Shown here: positions 48,972 to 62,396 of the stretch, one piece after another
Layout of the letters: every line of letters begins with the position of its first letter
Numbering within the stretch: the stretch's first letter is position 1
From: the human T2T-CHM13v2.0 reference genome, Homo sapiens
Direction: 5' to 3' (one strand)
Length of the DNA stretch: 64,000 nucleotides
Assembly: GCF_009914755.1 (NCBI RefSeq)
Contig: NC_060925.1
The notes under the pieces: generated by a model
What the model saw: only the letters and a program-made list of their open reading frames with translations
What the model was told of the DNA's origin: nothing
The model's database searches: none
Position numbers and translations under genes: made by a program

Positions 48972-51551
48972 TGATATGGTTTGGCTGTGTCCCCACCCAA
49001 ATCTCATCTTGAATTCCGTGTTGTGGGAGGTAATTGAATTATGGGGCAGGTCTTTCCCATGCTGTTCTCATGATAGTTAGTAAGTCTCATGGGATCTGAT
49101 GGTTATTATAAGGGAGAGTTTTCCTGCACAAGCTGTTTTTGCTTACTGCCATTCCATGTAAGAGGTAACTTGCTCTTCCTTGCCTTCTGCCATTATTGCA
49201 AGGCTTCCCCAGCCATGTGGAACTGTAAGTTCAATTAAACCTCTTTCTTTTATAAATTGCCCAGTCTTGGGTATGTCTCTATCAGCAGTATGAAAACAGA
49301 CAAATGCAGTAAACTGGTACCAGTAGAGTGGGGTGTTGCTGAAAAGATACCCGAAAATGCAGAAGCGACTTTGGATCTGGGTAACAGGCAGAGGTTGGAA
49401 CAGTTTGGAGGGCTCAGAAGAAGACAGGAAAATGTGGGAAAGTTTGAAACTTCCTAGAGACTTGTTGAATGGCTTTGATCAAAAGCCTGATAGCAATATG
49501 AAAAATAAGGTCCAGGCTGAGGTATTTTCAAACAGAGATGAGGAACTTGTTGGGAACTGGAGTAAAGGTGACTCTTGTTAAGTTTTAACAAAGAGACTGG
49601 TGGCATTTTGCCCCTGCCCTAGAGATTTGTGGAACTTTGAACTTGAGAGAAATGATTTAGGGTATCTGGTGGAAGAAATTTCTAAGCAGCAAAGCATTCA
49701 AGAGGTGATTTGGGTGCTGTTTAAAAGCATTCCATTTTATAAGGGAAGCAGAGCATAAAAGTTTGGAAAATTTGCAGCCTGACAATGCGATAGAAAAGAA
49801 AATCTCATTTTCTGAGGAGAAATCCAAGCCAGCTGCAGAAATTTGCATAAGTAATGAGGATCCAAATGTTAATCCCCAAGACACTGGGGAAAATGTCTCC
49901 AGGGCATGTCAGAGGTCTTCATCACAGCCGTTCCCATCACAGGCCTGGAGGCCTAGGAAGAAAAAATGGTTTCGTGGGCCAAACCCAGGGTCTCTGTGCT
50001 GTATGCAGCCTGAAAGGGGACAATGTAGAGCTCCGGCCATGGCTTCAGAGGGTGCAAGCCTCAAGCCTTGGCAGCTTCCATGTGATGTTGAGCCTGCAAG
50101 TGCACAGAAGTCCAGAACTGGGGTTTGGGAGCCTCTGCTTAGATTTCAGAAGATGTATGGAAATGCCTGGATGTCCAGGCAGAATTTACTGCAGTGGTGG
50201 AGCTCTCATGGAGAACCTCTGCTAGGGTAGTGCAGAAGGGAAATGTGGGGTTGAAGCCCCCACACAGAGTCTACTGGAGCACCATCTAGTGGAGCTGTTA
50301 GAAGAGGGCCACCATCCTCCAGAACCCAGGATGGTAGATCCACTGACAGCTTGCACTGTGCACCTGGAAAAGCCACAAACACTCAATGCCAGCCCTTGAA
50401 AACAGCCAGAAAAGAGGCTGTACCCTGCAAAGCCACAGGGGCAGAGCTGTCCAAGACCAGCGGAACCCACCTTTTGCATCAGCGTGATCTGGATGTGAGA
50501 CATGAAGTCAAAGGAGATCATTTTGGAGCTTTAAGATTTGACTGCCCCACTGCATTTCGGACTTACATGAGGCCTGTAGCTCCTTTGTTTTGGCCAATGT
50601 CTCCATTTGGAATGGCTATGTATTAGTCTGTTTTCCTGCTGCTGGTAAAAGACATACCCAAGACTGGGAAGAAAAAGAGATTTAATTGGATTTACAGTTC
50701 CACATAGCTGCGGTGGCCTCAGAATCATGGGGAGAGGCAAAAGGCACTTCTTACATGGTGTCAGCAAGAGCAAAATGAGGAGGCAAAAGCAGAAACCTCT
50801 GATAAACCCATCAGATCTCATGAGACTTAATTCACTATCACAGGAATAGCAAGGGAAAGACGAGCCCCCATGGTTCAATTGCCTCCTCTGGGTCCCTCCC
50901 GTAACACATGGGACTTCTGGGAGATACAATTCAAGTTGAGATTTGGGTGCAGACACAGCCAAACTATATCAGGCTATGTTTATCCGATGCCTGTACCCCC
51001 ATTTATATCTAGGGAGTAACTAACTTGCTTTTGATTTTACAAGCCCATAGGCAGATGAGACTTGCCTCTTCTCAGATGAGACTTTGGACTGTGGATTTTT
51101 GAGTTAATGCTGAAATGAGTTAAGACTTTGGGGGACTGTTGGGAAGGCATGACTGGTTTTGAAATTTGAGGACATGAGATTTGGGAGGGACCAGGGGTGG
51201 AATGATATGGTTTGGCTGTGTCCCCACCCGTATCTCATCTTGAATTCCCATGTGTTGTGGGAGGGACCCAGTAGGAGGTAATTGAATTATGGATCAAGTC
51301 TTTCCCATGCTGTTCTTATGATAGTAAGTCTCACGAGATCTGATGGTTATTTCAAGGGGAATTTTTCCTGCACAAACTCTTTTTGCTTGCTGCCATCCAT
51401 ATAAGGTGTGACTTGCTTCTCCTTGCCTTCTGCCATGATTGTGAGGCTTCCCCAGCCACGTGGAACTGTAACTCCAATTAAACCTCTTCCTTTTGTAAAT
51501 TGCCCAGTCTTGGATATGTCCTTATTAGCAGTGTGAAAACTGACTAATACA
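48972..51551 (+). mobile_element. THE1B-like provirus (LTRs ~48972-49308 and ~51203-51551, internal region between)
   Basis: Both LTRs start tgatatggtttggctgtgtcccc; THE1-int start gtaaactggtaccagtagagtgggg; TSD ttgta/tcata consistent with ancestral tcgta. Confidence 0.92.
50619..50971 (-). mobile_element. THE1A-like solo LTR nested antisense in THE1B-int
   Basis: Perfect TSD ggcta (50614-50618 / 50972-50976); rc ctcaacttgaattgtatctcccag. Confidence 0.9.
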
Positions 51552-52742
51552 TCATATTGCAGTCAATCTCTCCCTTTAGATCTGTTAATATTTGCTTTAA
51601 TTGGAGAATTTAGTTCATTTACATTTGAGGTTATTATTGATGTGTAAGAACTTGCTACTGCCATTTTGTTACTTATTTTCTGGTTGTTTTTGTAACTCCT
51701 CTTTTCCTTTCTTCTTTTCTTACTTTCTTCCTTTGTACTTAAGTGATTTTCTCAGGGAGTATGCTTTAGTTCCTTGCTTTTTATTTATAGTGTATCTATA
51801 ATAGGTTTTTGCTTTGTGGTTCTGAAAAATCATAGTTATAATAAGTTAAACTCATGACAACATAACTTTAATCACAACGAAAAGAAACAAACTAAACTAA
51901 AAAACTCCACATTATAACTCCATCTTCCCCACCTTCCAACTTGTGGATATCTCTATTTACATCTTTTTATATTGTCTATCTCACAACAAATTGTTTTAGT
52001 TATTATTTTTGACATTTTTCTCTTTTAGTCTTCATGTTAAAGATATGAGTATTTTACACACCACAATTACAGTATTAGAGTAATCTGAATTTTGGTATAC
52101 CTGCTTTTATCAGTGAGCTTTATACCTTCAAATATTTTCTTGTTACATGTTATCATAATTTTCCTTCAGATTGAAGAACTCCATTTAGCCTTTCTTGTAA
52201 GACAGGTCTGATGGTGATGAATCCCCTCAGCTGTTTCATGTCTGAGAAAGTTTTTAACTCTCCTTCATGTTAGAAGAGTGGGTTTTCTGGCTACAGTATT
52301 CTCAGTTGACAGTTTTTTTTTTCTGTCAGGACTTCAAATATATGATCCCACTGCCTCTGGCCTGTAAGGTTTCCAATGAAAAGTCTGCTGCCAGATGTAT
52401 CAGAACCCCTTTAAGTGTTATTTGCTTCTTTCTCTTTCTGCTTTTAGGATCCTCTCCTGTCCTTGATCTTTCAGAGTTTATTATATGCCTTGGGGTAGTC
52501 TTATTTGAGTTAAATCTGCTTGGTGATCTTTGACCTTTCTGTACCTGGATATGTATATCATTCTCTACATTTGTAAAGTTTTCTGTTATTATTTCTTGAT
52601 ATAAGCATTCTACCCCTTTTTCTTTCTCACTCTCTCTCGAAGCCTAGTGACTTTTATATATGCTCTTTTGATGCTGTTCCACAGACGTCATGAGCATCCT
52701 TCATTCAATTTCATTCTTGTCTGTTATTCTACTTTCACTGTG

Positions 52743-53152
52743 TGTCTTGGTCTGTTTTGTGTTGCTATAAAGAAATATCTGAGGCTGAGTAAATTATAAA
52801 GAAAAGAGGTGTATTTGGTTCATAATTCTGATGGCTGAAAAGTTCAAGATTTGGCACCTGGTGAGGGCCTCTGGCTGCTTCCACACATGGCAGAAAGTGA
52901 AAGGGAGCTGCCATGTGTAGATGTAACACGGTAAGATAGGAAACGAGAGATGGGCAAGATGCCAGGCTTTTTTTAATAACCAGCTCTTGAAGGAACTATT
53001 AGAGTGAGAACACATTCACCCCTGAGGGAAGGCATTAATCTATTCATGAAGGATCCCCCACAAGATATAAACACTTCTCATTAGGCCCCATCTCCATCAG
53101 ACATCAAGTTTCAACATGATTTATGAAGGTGACAAATATTCAAACTGTACCA
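52743..53152 (-). mobile_element. MST-type MaLR solo LTR
   Basis: TG...CA termini; perfect TSD ctgtg (52738-52742 / 53153-53157). Confidence 0.85.
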
Positions 53153-53234
53153 CTGTGTACTTTCAAATAGCCTGTCTTTGAGCTCACTGGTTGTTCTGAT
53201 GGATCTGCTATTAAGACCCTCTAATGCATTATTT

Positions 53235-54270
53235 TAAATTAAGTTTTTATACTAGACTTACAGCGTACATGTACAGGTTTGTGACATGGTTATATTGTGT
53301 GATGCTGAGGTTTGGGCTTCTATTTATTCCATTATCCAGATAGTGAACATAGTACACAATAGGAATTTTTTCAACCCTTGCTCCCTTCCTTTCCTCCCTC
53401 CTTCTGGAGTCCCCAATGTCTGTTGTTCCCAAATTTCTGCCCATGTGTACTTAAGATTTACCTGTTACTTGTAAGTGAGAACTTGTGATATTTGATTTTC
53501 CGTTTCAGTGCTAATTTGTATAGGATAATAGCCTCCATCTGCATCCATGTTGCTATAAAGGACCTGATTTCATTCTTTTTTATGGATGCAGAGTATTTTA
53601 TGGTGTATATTTGTGACATTTTCTTGATCCAGTCCACCGTTAATGGGCACCTAGGTTGATTTCATATCTTTGCTACTATGAATAGTGCTTCAATGAACAT
53701 ATGAATGTAGATACCTTTTTGGTATAATGATTAATTTTTCTTTGGGTACATACCCTGTAATAGGATTGCTGGGGCAAATGGTAGTTCTATTTTTAGTTCT
53801 TTGAGACATCTCCAAACTGCTTTCCACAGTGACTGAACTAATTTACATTCCCACCAACAGTGTATAAGTATGCCCTTTTCTCTACAGCATCACCAGCATA
53901 TGTTTTTGTTTTACATTTTAGTAGCAGCCTTTCAAATTGATGTGAAACCAATTCATTGTGGTTTTCATTTCTTTTCTCTGATAATTAGTGATGTGAGCAT
54001 TTTTTCATATGTTTATTGGCCTCTTATATGTCTTCTTTTGAGAAGTGTCTGTTCATCTCCTTTGCCCACTTTTTAATGGAGTTGTTTATTTATTTATTTG
54101 TTTGTTTGCTTGTTGAATTCTTTAAGTTGCTTATAGATTTTTGATACTGGACCTTTGTCAGATGCATGGTTTGCAAATATCTTCTCCCCGCTGTTTATTT
54201 TTGTCAGTTTTGTTGAAGATCAGATGGTTGTAGGTATGTGGCTTTATTTCTGGATTTTCTATTCTGTCCT
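53235..54270 (-). mobile_element. L1PA16/L1PB-like 3' fragment with internal deletion
   Basis: 3'UTR gtgatgctgaggtttggg; jump near 54190. Confidence 0.8.
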
Positions 54271-54316
54271 GTCATTCAGATAAATAAACCAAAAGAATAA
54301 AATATAGAATAAATCA

Positions 54317-54626
54317 GGCTGGGTGCAGTGGCTCATGCCTGAAACCCCAGCACTTGGGGAGGCCGAGACAGGTGGATCACTTGAGGTCAGTAGTTTGAGA
54401 CCAGCATGGCCAACATGGTGAAACCCTGTCTTTACTAAAAAATAAAAATACCAAAAAAAAATTAGCTGGGCATGATGGCATGCGCCTGTAATCCCAGCTA
54501 TTTGAGAGCTGAGGTAGGAGAATCACTTGAACCCTGGAAGCAGAAGTTGCGGTGAACCCAGATCGCATCATTGCACTCCAGCCTGGGCAAGAGGGTGAGA
54601 CTTCATCTCATAAAATAAAATAAAAA
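54317..54626 (+). mobile_element. AluS
   Basis: Dimeric Alu with A-rich tail. Confidence 0.92.
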
Positions 54627-56749
54627 GGAATTAATTAAGAAATTAACCTTATTAAATGTGGACACCTCATATATGATAGAAGTAGCAAACCAGTAAGGAA
54701 AAGTCTTGGAAAAATGATTATTCACATAGGGAAAAATAGATCCTCAACTGGCACCTTAAAAAAATTCCAGACAGTTTAAAAATGGGAAATGTGAATATCT
54801 AAAACTTTTAGGGAGGATGAGGTAGAGCAAGATGGTGGAATAGAACCTTCAAAGAATCATACCCTTGAAAGAACATCAAATTGAACAACTATCCACACAA
54901 GAAAACACCTTCACGAGAGCTAAATAATTAGTTGAGAGATCAGAGTACCTAATTTTACCATAATAACAGAAAAGACACATTGAAAAAAGTAGAAAGAACA
55001 GTCTCACACTGCCTACACTAGCCCTACCCCAACCCCAGGCAGCACGGAGCCCAGGGAAAGATTCTGTCCACTTGAGAGAGGGAGAGGAAAGTGTGTGAGA
55101 CTTTGCATTTAGTACTGGCCCTGCCACGATAAAAGACAACACCAGGCATAACACCATGGCCCCTCATTCCAGGCTGGTGAGCACAAAGAGAGTATTTAGA
55201 CTCACTGTGGACCAGAAAGGAATCTGTCATCCCAGTAGGAGAAACTCAAGTCCTGACCCAATTCACCAATGGCTGACTAAAGTGGGCTCAGGTCCCAAAT
55301 AAAATTCTGTGGTAGGCAGGCCATAGTACAACAGTCCTTGGGTGATGCCAATTCTGTGCTGATCTGGCAGGCTGGGGGATTTGGGTGTGGCCCTGCATGA
55401 GATCAGCTGCAGCAGCTATGCAGAGCCCATGTCACTCTTTTCCCAGCTCCAGGCAGTGCGGTGTGAAGAGACTCCTTCCACTTAGGAGAGGAAAGTATGC
55501 AGGGGACTTTGCCTTGGAACCTAGTACCAGCTCTGCCATTGTAAACTAGAGTACCAGAAGAGCCTTGTGGACCCTGATTCCAGGCAGATACTCCTGAACA
55601 GTACTTCTAGACCCAACCCAGGCAAGAAGGGAATCAGCTGCCTTGGCAGGATGGATCAAAGTCCTGGCCAGCATCATTACTGGCTAACTAAAGTGGCCTC
55701 AGGCCATGAATAAATATCAATGGCAGGTAGGTAGTGGTGGCTGCAGGCCTTGGGCAAGCCCCAGTGCTGCAAAGGTCTAGAGGCCATGGGCAGTGTGGTA
55801 CCTGCTCTAGGATGTGACAAAAACAGTATTAAGAGGAAAGTTTATAGCACTGAATGCCTACATTAAGAAATTAGAAAGATCTCAAATTAGCAATCTAGCA
55901 TTGCACCCAACTGTACTATAAAAACAAGAACAAACTAATCCCAAAGCTAGCAGAAGAAAAGAAATAACTAAAATCAGAGCAGAACTGAAGAAAATTGAGA
56001 GATTGAGACCCAAAAATCTATACAAAGGATCAATGAAACCAAAAGTTGGTTTTTTGAAAGGACAAACAAGATCAATAGACCACTAGGTAGATTAACAAAA
56101 AAAAAAAAAAGGAAGATCCAAGTAAGTACAATCAGAAACAACAAAGATGATGTTATAAACTACCCTACAGAAATACAAAAGATCCTCAAAGACTATTACG
56201 AACACATCTATTTACACAAAATAGAAAATCTAGAGGAAATGGTTGAATTCCTAGAAACAAACAAACCTCCCAAGATTCAATCAGGAGGAAACTGAAACCC
56301 TGAAAAGACCCACAACACGTTCCAAAATTGAGTCAGTAACAAAAACCTACCAAACAAAAAAAAACCCTGGACCAGAAAGATTCACAGTCAAATTCTACCA
56401 GATGTACAAAGAAGAGTTAATACCAATGGTAATCAAATTATTCAAATAAAAAATCAAGTAGGGATTACTCCCAAACTCATTATATAAAATCAGTATTATC
56501 CTAATATCAAAATCAGGCCAAAACATGCAATATCACAATGAAAAAAGAAAACTACAGACTAACATCTTTGATGGACATAGATGCAAAAATCCTCAACAAA
56601 ATACTAGCAAACTAAATCCAGCAGGACATCAAAAAAAGTGAATTCACCATGATCAAGAAGCCTTGATTCCTGGGATGCAAAGTTGGTTCAACATATGCAA
56701 ATTAATGAATGTGATTCACCACATAAACAGAATTAAAAACCATATGATT

Positions 56750-57056
56750 GGCTGGGCACAGTGGCTCACACCTGCAATTCCAAGACTTTGGGAGGCAGAG
56801 GTGAGTGGATCGCTTGAGACTAGGAGTTCAAGACCAACCTGGTCAACATGGAGAAACCCCATCTCTACTAAAAATAAAATAATTAGCCAGCTGTGATGGC
56901 ACGCACCTGTAGTCCCACATACTCAGGAGGCTGAGGCACAAGAATCGCTTGAACCTGGGAGGCAGAGGTTGCAGTGAGTCCAGATTGTACCACTGCACAC
57001 CAGCCTGGGCAACAGAGCAAGACTCTGTCTCAAAGAAAATAAAAACAAAAACAAAA
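56750..57056 (+). mobile_element. Alu (S/J) inside L1
   Basis: TSD catatgatt (56741-56749 / 57057-57065). Confidence 0.9.
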
Positions 57057-57158
57057 CATATGATTGTCTCAGTAGATGCAGAAAAAGCATTTTATAAAAT
57101 CCAACATCCCTTTTTGATAAAAAGTCTCAACAAACTAGGCATCAAAGGAACATATCTT

Positions 57159-57214
57159 AAAAAAAAGAGAGAGAGAGAGAAAGAAAGAAAGAAAGAAAAA
57201 TAAAGAAAGAAAGA
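57159..57214. repeat. (GA)n(GAAA)n purine microsatellite
   Basis: Seen directly. Confidence 0.9.
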
Positions 57215-57702
57215 AGCCATACTGAATAGGTGGAAGCTAAAAGCATTCCCCTTAAGAATTGGAATAAGACAAGGATGCCCACTCACACCACTCTTATGCA
57301 TTATAGTACGGGAAGTCCTAGCCAGAACAACCAGGTAAAAGAAAGAAATAAAAGACATCCAAATAGGAAAAGAGGAAGTTAAATTATGCCTCTTTGCTGA
57401 TGGTATGACTCTGTACCTGTTATTAAAATAAAAAATAAAAAATAAATTTTAAAAAACATAGCCAAGAGGCTCCTAAATCTGGTAAACAACTTCAGCAAAG
57501 TTTCAGGACACAAAATCAATGTAAAAAAAAAAAATCAGTAGCATTTCTATACACCAATAACATTCATGCTGAGAGCCAAATAAAGAACACAAACTCATTT
57601 ATTATAGCCACAAAAAATAAAATAGTCAATGGATATAGAGATATATTGGTTAATAAACTTAAAATCATTAATGAATGAATAAATCTGTAAATTTTGTTTT
57701 AG

Positions 57703-57837
57703 GTTTGTGTTGGTGTGATGTTAGTGGGCCCAACAGGTGGAGGAAAGACAACAGTCAGAAGAATTTTGGAAAAAGCATTAACGCTATTACCAATTGCAGA
57801 CTTCTTATCAGTTGCAGAAAGAAAATCTGCTTCAAAG
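57703..57837 (+). CDS. DNAH14: Exon with AAA2 Walker A (GPTGGGKT, 57727-57750)
   Basis: ttttgttttag|GTT acceptor, AAG|gtaaat donor; 135 nt; VCVGVMLVGPTGGGKTT. Confidence 0.93.
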
Positions 57838-60556
57838 GTAAATGTTCTGTTAAATAAAATGTTTCTCTATTTGTTCATATCTTATTTTACACTTTAATAT
57901 TTTATGTTCTCTTTATATTGGTATTTTCATTACTTATTAAACTTATTGCTAGGAATTTTGTAGTTAAGAATCATAATGAGTGGGATTTTTAACTTAAATC
58001 TCAAACTGATCATTACTAGTTTAAAGAAACTATTGTATATTTATTTTGTATCTAGGCATCTTAATAAATGAACTTTTAATTTCTTATTGTTTTTAGGTAT
58101 CAATTGAATCATCTTCACATGAAAATAATTTTGTCTTTTTTTGAATATTTATATAACTTCTCTTCTTAATGAATTAACTTTCCAAGTTAATTTTAATTAA
58201 TTTCCAAGTTAACATTAATACAATGTTAACTGTAATATTTCTTCCTTACTTTATCTGGAATGTATTTAATATTTATGCATTTAATATGATATTTGATCTT
58301 GGTCACTGATAAATATTCCTTTTCACACTTTGGAATTTTCTATTCGCATTACACTTTGTTTTTTTTTTTTTTTTTTTGGCTGTTAGAATTTATTAAATTA
58401 TTTTCAGCATCTATTTTTTAAATCTTTTAACTGATTAATGTAATAAACTATGTTGATTTATTAATGTTAACTTGTCTTTGAATTCCTTGCATAGTGCCTA
58501 CTTAGTCATGATATATTTTTATTCAATATAAAGTCAGACTCCACTAAATAATATGTACTTCAATTACTTAGTTAATGATTTATTGTTGGTAACATATTCC
58601 AAAAATTTACAAATTCAGATTCTTGGTTATGTGGATTTTTTTTCTGTCAGTGGGAAATATCCTGCTTCGAGATTATACATGTAGTAGTTCATAATCTTTT
58701 CGCTTTTCCCTTCATGCAAATTTTCCTTCCTGAAAGATCTCAATTAGTTCTTACACAGTTATTATAACTAATAAGAGGTGAATTATCACAGCAATAATAA
58801 TAATAACTAATATGTATGGACTACCTAAAAAGGTCCAAGCAGGGTGCCAAAACACTTTTGCTTGAATTATTTAATTCTCACAACAACTGTGAAGACAGTA
58901 ATTTGCTTTATTAAAAACAGTTTTTTAAGTACAAAAGTAGTACATATAATTGTGAGAAATTTGGAAAATAAAATGTGAAGAAATAATAATCACCTAGAAT
59001 AATAATACAGTAAAATGTGAAAACGTATTACTGTATTAGCTTTGATTATTTATTCTACACTAAATATATTTTGAAATAACCGAGATAGTACCATGTATAA
59101 GAAATCTTAGTTTTTCCAACCTTGGAATTTTCACATAATGTTATATGCTGAGAATTAACCTTATGACATTAAACATTTCTGACAAATATCCCAATTACTG
59201 TATTCTGTATATATGACTATACTATAATTTATTTAATGATTCTCACATGTTTAATAGTTTTAAATTTTTGTTTTTTAAAGATATAATTGTAATAAACATA
59301 CTTAGGAATGGTAGTAGGACCTGAGGTGATGGAATTATTTTGGTCATCCTTAGTTTATGACTTTCTTCTTACTGGTCTGTTCAAGACCTTCTCTTTATTT
59401 TAGTTTAGTTTTGTTTAATTTATTTACCTTCTTTCCTTATCTTTCTTTTTCCTCTTCATCATAGGAACACTCCTTGCTATATGCCTTTAGATATATGTGT
59501 GTCCTTAAAAATTTTATACCCAATAATGTAATTGCTGGTTGGCATGGTATAACTTCACCATGTACTGCCAGGTAAAATTCACACACATGAGATAAACCAT
59601 TTTAAAGTGTACATTCTGGTGACATTTAATATATTCACAATGTTATGCAATTACTACCTCCCTCTAATTTCCAAATATTTTTATCACCCCAGGAGAACAC
59701 CCCTTTCTCATTAAGAAATCACCCCCTATTCTCCTATCTTCCCATTCCCTGGAAGCCACTAATTGGCTTTCTCTTTCTATAGATTCGCCTCTTTTGGCAG
59801 AGATGTATATAGATATATATCTGGGTTTTTTCTACCTTTTGGATGCAATGAATATTACTGTTGTAAACATTTGTGTACAAGTTGAGTAGACATATGATTT
59901 CATTTCTCTTGGATAAATACCTAGGAATAGAATTGTTGGGTCATATGGTAATTCTGTGTTTAGCTTTTTGAGGAAACACCAAAGTGTTTTACAGTAACTA
60001 CATTATTTTAAATTGCCATTAGCAATGTATGAGGCTTTCTGTTTCTCCATATCCTCACCAACATTTATTATTTCCCATTCTAGCGGATGCGAAATACTAT
60101 CTCATTGTAGTTTTGGTGTTGAATACCTTTTCATATGCTTATTGGCCATTTGTGTATCTTCTCTGGAGACATGTCTGTTCATGTCTTTGTCCATTTTTAA
60201 ATTGTTATCTTTTTGTTGTTCAGTTGTGAGAGTTCTTTATATATTCTGGACACAAAACTCTCATCAGATTGTGATCTGCAAATTTTTTTTCCTGTTTTGT
60301 GAGTTCTCTTTTCCCTTTCTTGATGTGAAGTGTAGGGGTCCAACTTCGTTCTTTTACATAGGGATATCCAGCTCTTCCTGCACCATTTGTTAAAGTCTAT
60401 TATTTTCCCCACTAAATGATCTTGGCATTTTTTGTTGAAAATCAGTTGGCCACAGATGTTTGGGTTTGTTTCTGGTCTCACAGTTCTATTTCATTGTTCT
60501 ATATGTCTTTCCTTATACCACAATAGATATGTTGTGATTGCTATATAGTTTTATAT

Positions 60557-61009
60557 AGTAGTCTCCCTGTATTCATGGTTTTTACTTTGCACAGTTTCAG
60601 TTACTCATGGTCAACTGTGGTCCAAAAACATTAAATGGAAAATTTCAGAAGCAAACAATTCATAAGCTTTAAACACTACATTACAATGCCTACATCATTC
60701 ACCTTAGTTCATCTCTTTATATTGGCATTTTATCATATCATCATCACAAGAAGAGTGAGTACAGTACAATAAGGCATTTTGTGGGAAACAAAGATTACAT
60801 TCATATCAGTTTTAAGTTATTACATCATATTGTTTTAATTGTTCTATTAATTATTGTTAACATCTTACTGTGCCTAATTTCTAAAACTTTATCACAAGTA
60901 TGTATCTATAGGGAAAAATATAATATATAAAGGGTTCTGTAATATCTGTGGTTTCAGGCATCCACTAGGTGCCTTGGAATGTATCCCCTGGGGATAAAGG
61001 CGGATTATT
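60557..61009 (+). mobile_element. MER44-family element
   Basis: agtagtctccctgtattc...ggataaaggcggattattg; homologous to 13584-13943. Confidence 0.8.
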
Positions 61010-62396
61010 GTAGTAAGTTTTGAAACTGGGAAGTGCAAGTTCTCCAACTTTGTTTTTTGTTTTTTGGACATTTGGTTATTTGGGGCTCTGTGCAATTCCA
61101 TATGAATTTAAGGATTGGCTTTTCCATTTCTGCAGAAAAGGCCATTGGAATTTTGATAGGAATTGCGTTGATCCTGTAGATCATTTTGGTGAATACTACC
61201 ATCTTAATAATAAAGTTTTCTGATTGATGAACACAGATGTCTTTCCATTTTTATATCTTTGATTTCTTCTGCCAAGTTTTCTAGTTTTCAATATACAAAT
61301 CTTTCTCCTATCATTAAATTTATTCCTAGGCATTTTATTCTTTGGAATCCTTGTCTTATTCTTGATTTCAGTCTTTCTCCAATTGAGTATGGTGCTGAGT
61401 TTGATAAATACCCCTTATCATGTTAAGGAAGTTTACTTCTCTTCCTAGTTTTCTGAGCGTTTTTTACCATGAAAAGGTGTGAAATTTTGTCAAATGCTTT
61501 TTCTGTGCCTTTTGATATGATCGTGTGGTTTCTTTCCTTCATTTTACTATTGTAGTGGGTTACATTGATTGATTTTCTTATGTTGAACTACCCTTGCATT
61601 CCTGGTCATGGTGCATGACCAGGAATTGTGCTTGGTCATGGTGCATAATCCTTTAAATGTGCTGTTGGATTCAGTTTGTTAGCATCTTTTTGAGGATTTT
61701 TGCATATATATCCTTAAGGGTTATTGGTCTGTAGTTTCCTTTTCTTGTGCCATCTTTGGGTATGCTATCAGAGTAATGCTGACCTCATAGAATGTATTAG
61801 AAAGTGTTTCCTAGTTTTCTTTCTTTTCTTTTTTTTTTTTACAAGAGTTTGAGTAGGATTGGTGTTAATTCTTCTTTAAGTGTTTGGTGGAATTTATCTA
61901 CCAGTTGTAGTTGGACTGTTCTTTGTTGGAAGTTTTTGATTATTGAGTCAAACTATTTGTTATGGGTCTTTTGAGATTTTCTATTTCTTCTTCAGTTGGT
62001 TTTGGTAATTTGTGTGTTTTTAGGAACTTGTCCATTTCATCTTGCTTGAAAAAATCTTTGTTTTACTTTCAAACTGTGTATTTGAACTATTGTCTTTGGG
62101 TCTAAAGTCAGTCTCTTGTATGCAACATATATTTGGATCATGTTTTTGTTTCTTCACTATGCCAATTTCTTCTTTTAATTGGCAAACTTAATCTATTTTA
62201 TTTTGATTACTGATGATGGACTTTTGCCTTTTTGCGATTTTATTCTATGTCTTGTATCTTTTTTGTTTCTCAATTCCTCCAAAATTGCCTTTTGTGTTTG
62301 ATTTTTTTCTAGTGTAACATTTGGATTCCTTCTTCATTTCCTTTTCATTTTTTACTCATTTTTAAAATAGTTACCTGGGAGATTGCAGTTAACAAC

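Larger units (their letters stand above)
46701..53230 (-). mobile_element. Old L1 (L1M/L1PB-type) lacking its 3' end, interrupted by Alu, THE1B and MST
   Basis: Antisense ORF2 begins abruptly at caatatgaattcttg and resumes after each insert. Confidence 0.75.
54812..57625 (+). mobile_element. Old L1: 5'UTR-like segment (to ~55800) joined to mid-ORF2, 3'-truncated
   Basis: gagcaagatggtggaataga start; ORF2 remnant from aagaggaaagtttatagcactgaatgcc to atagccacaaaaaataaaata. Confidence 0.72.

Noticed and set aside
49257-50962. ORFs in the THE1 internal region
   Set aside because: Fragmented MaLR internal sequence; no intact gag/pol
59003-59038. 11-bp inverted repeat taatacagtaa/ttactgtatta
   Set aside because: AT-rich and short; weak evidence over chance
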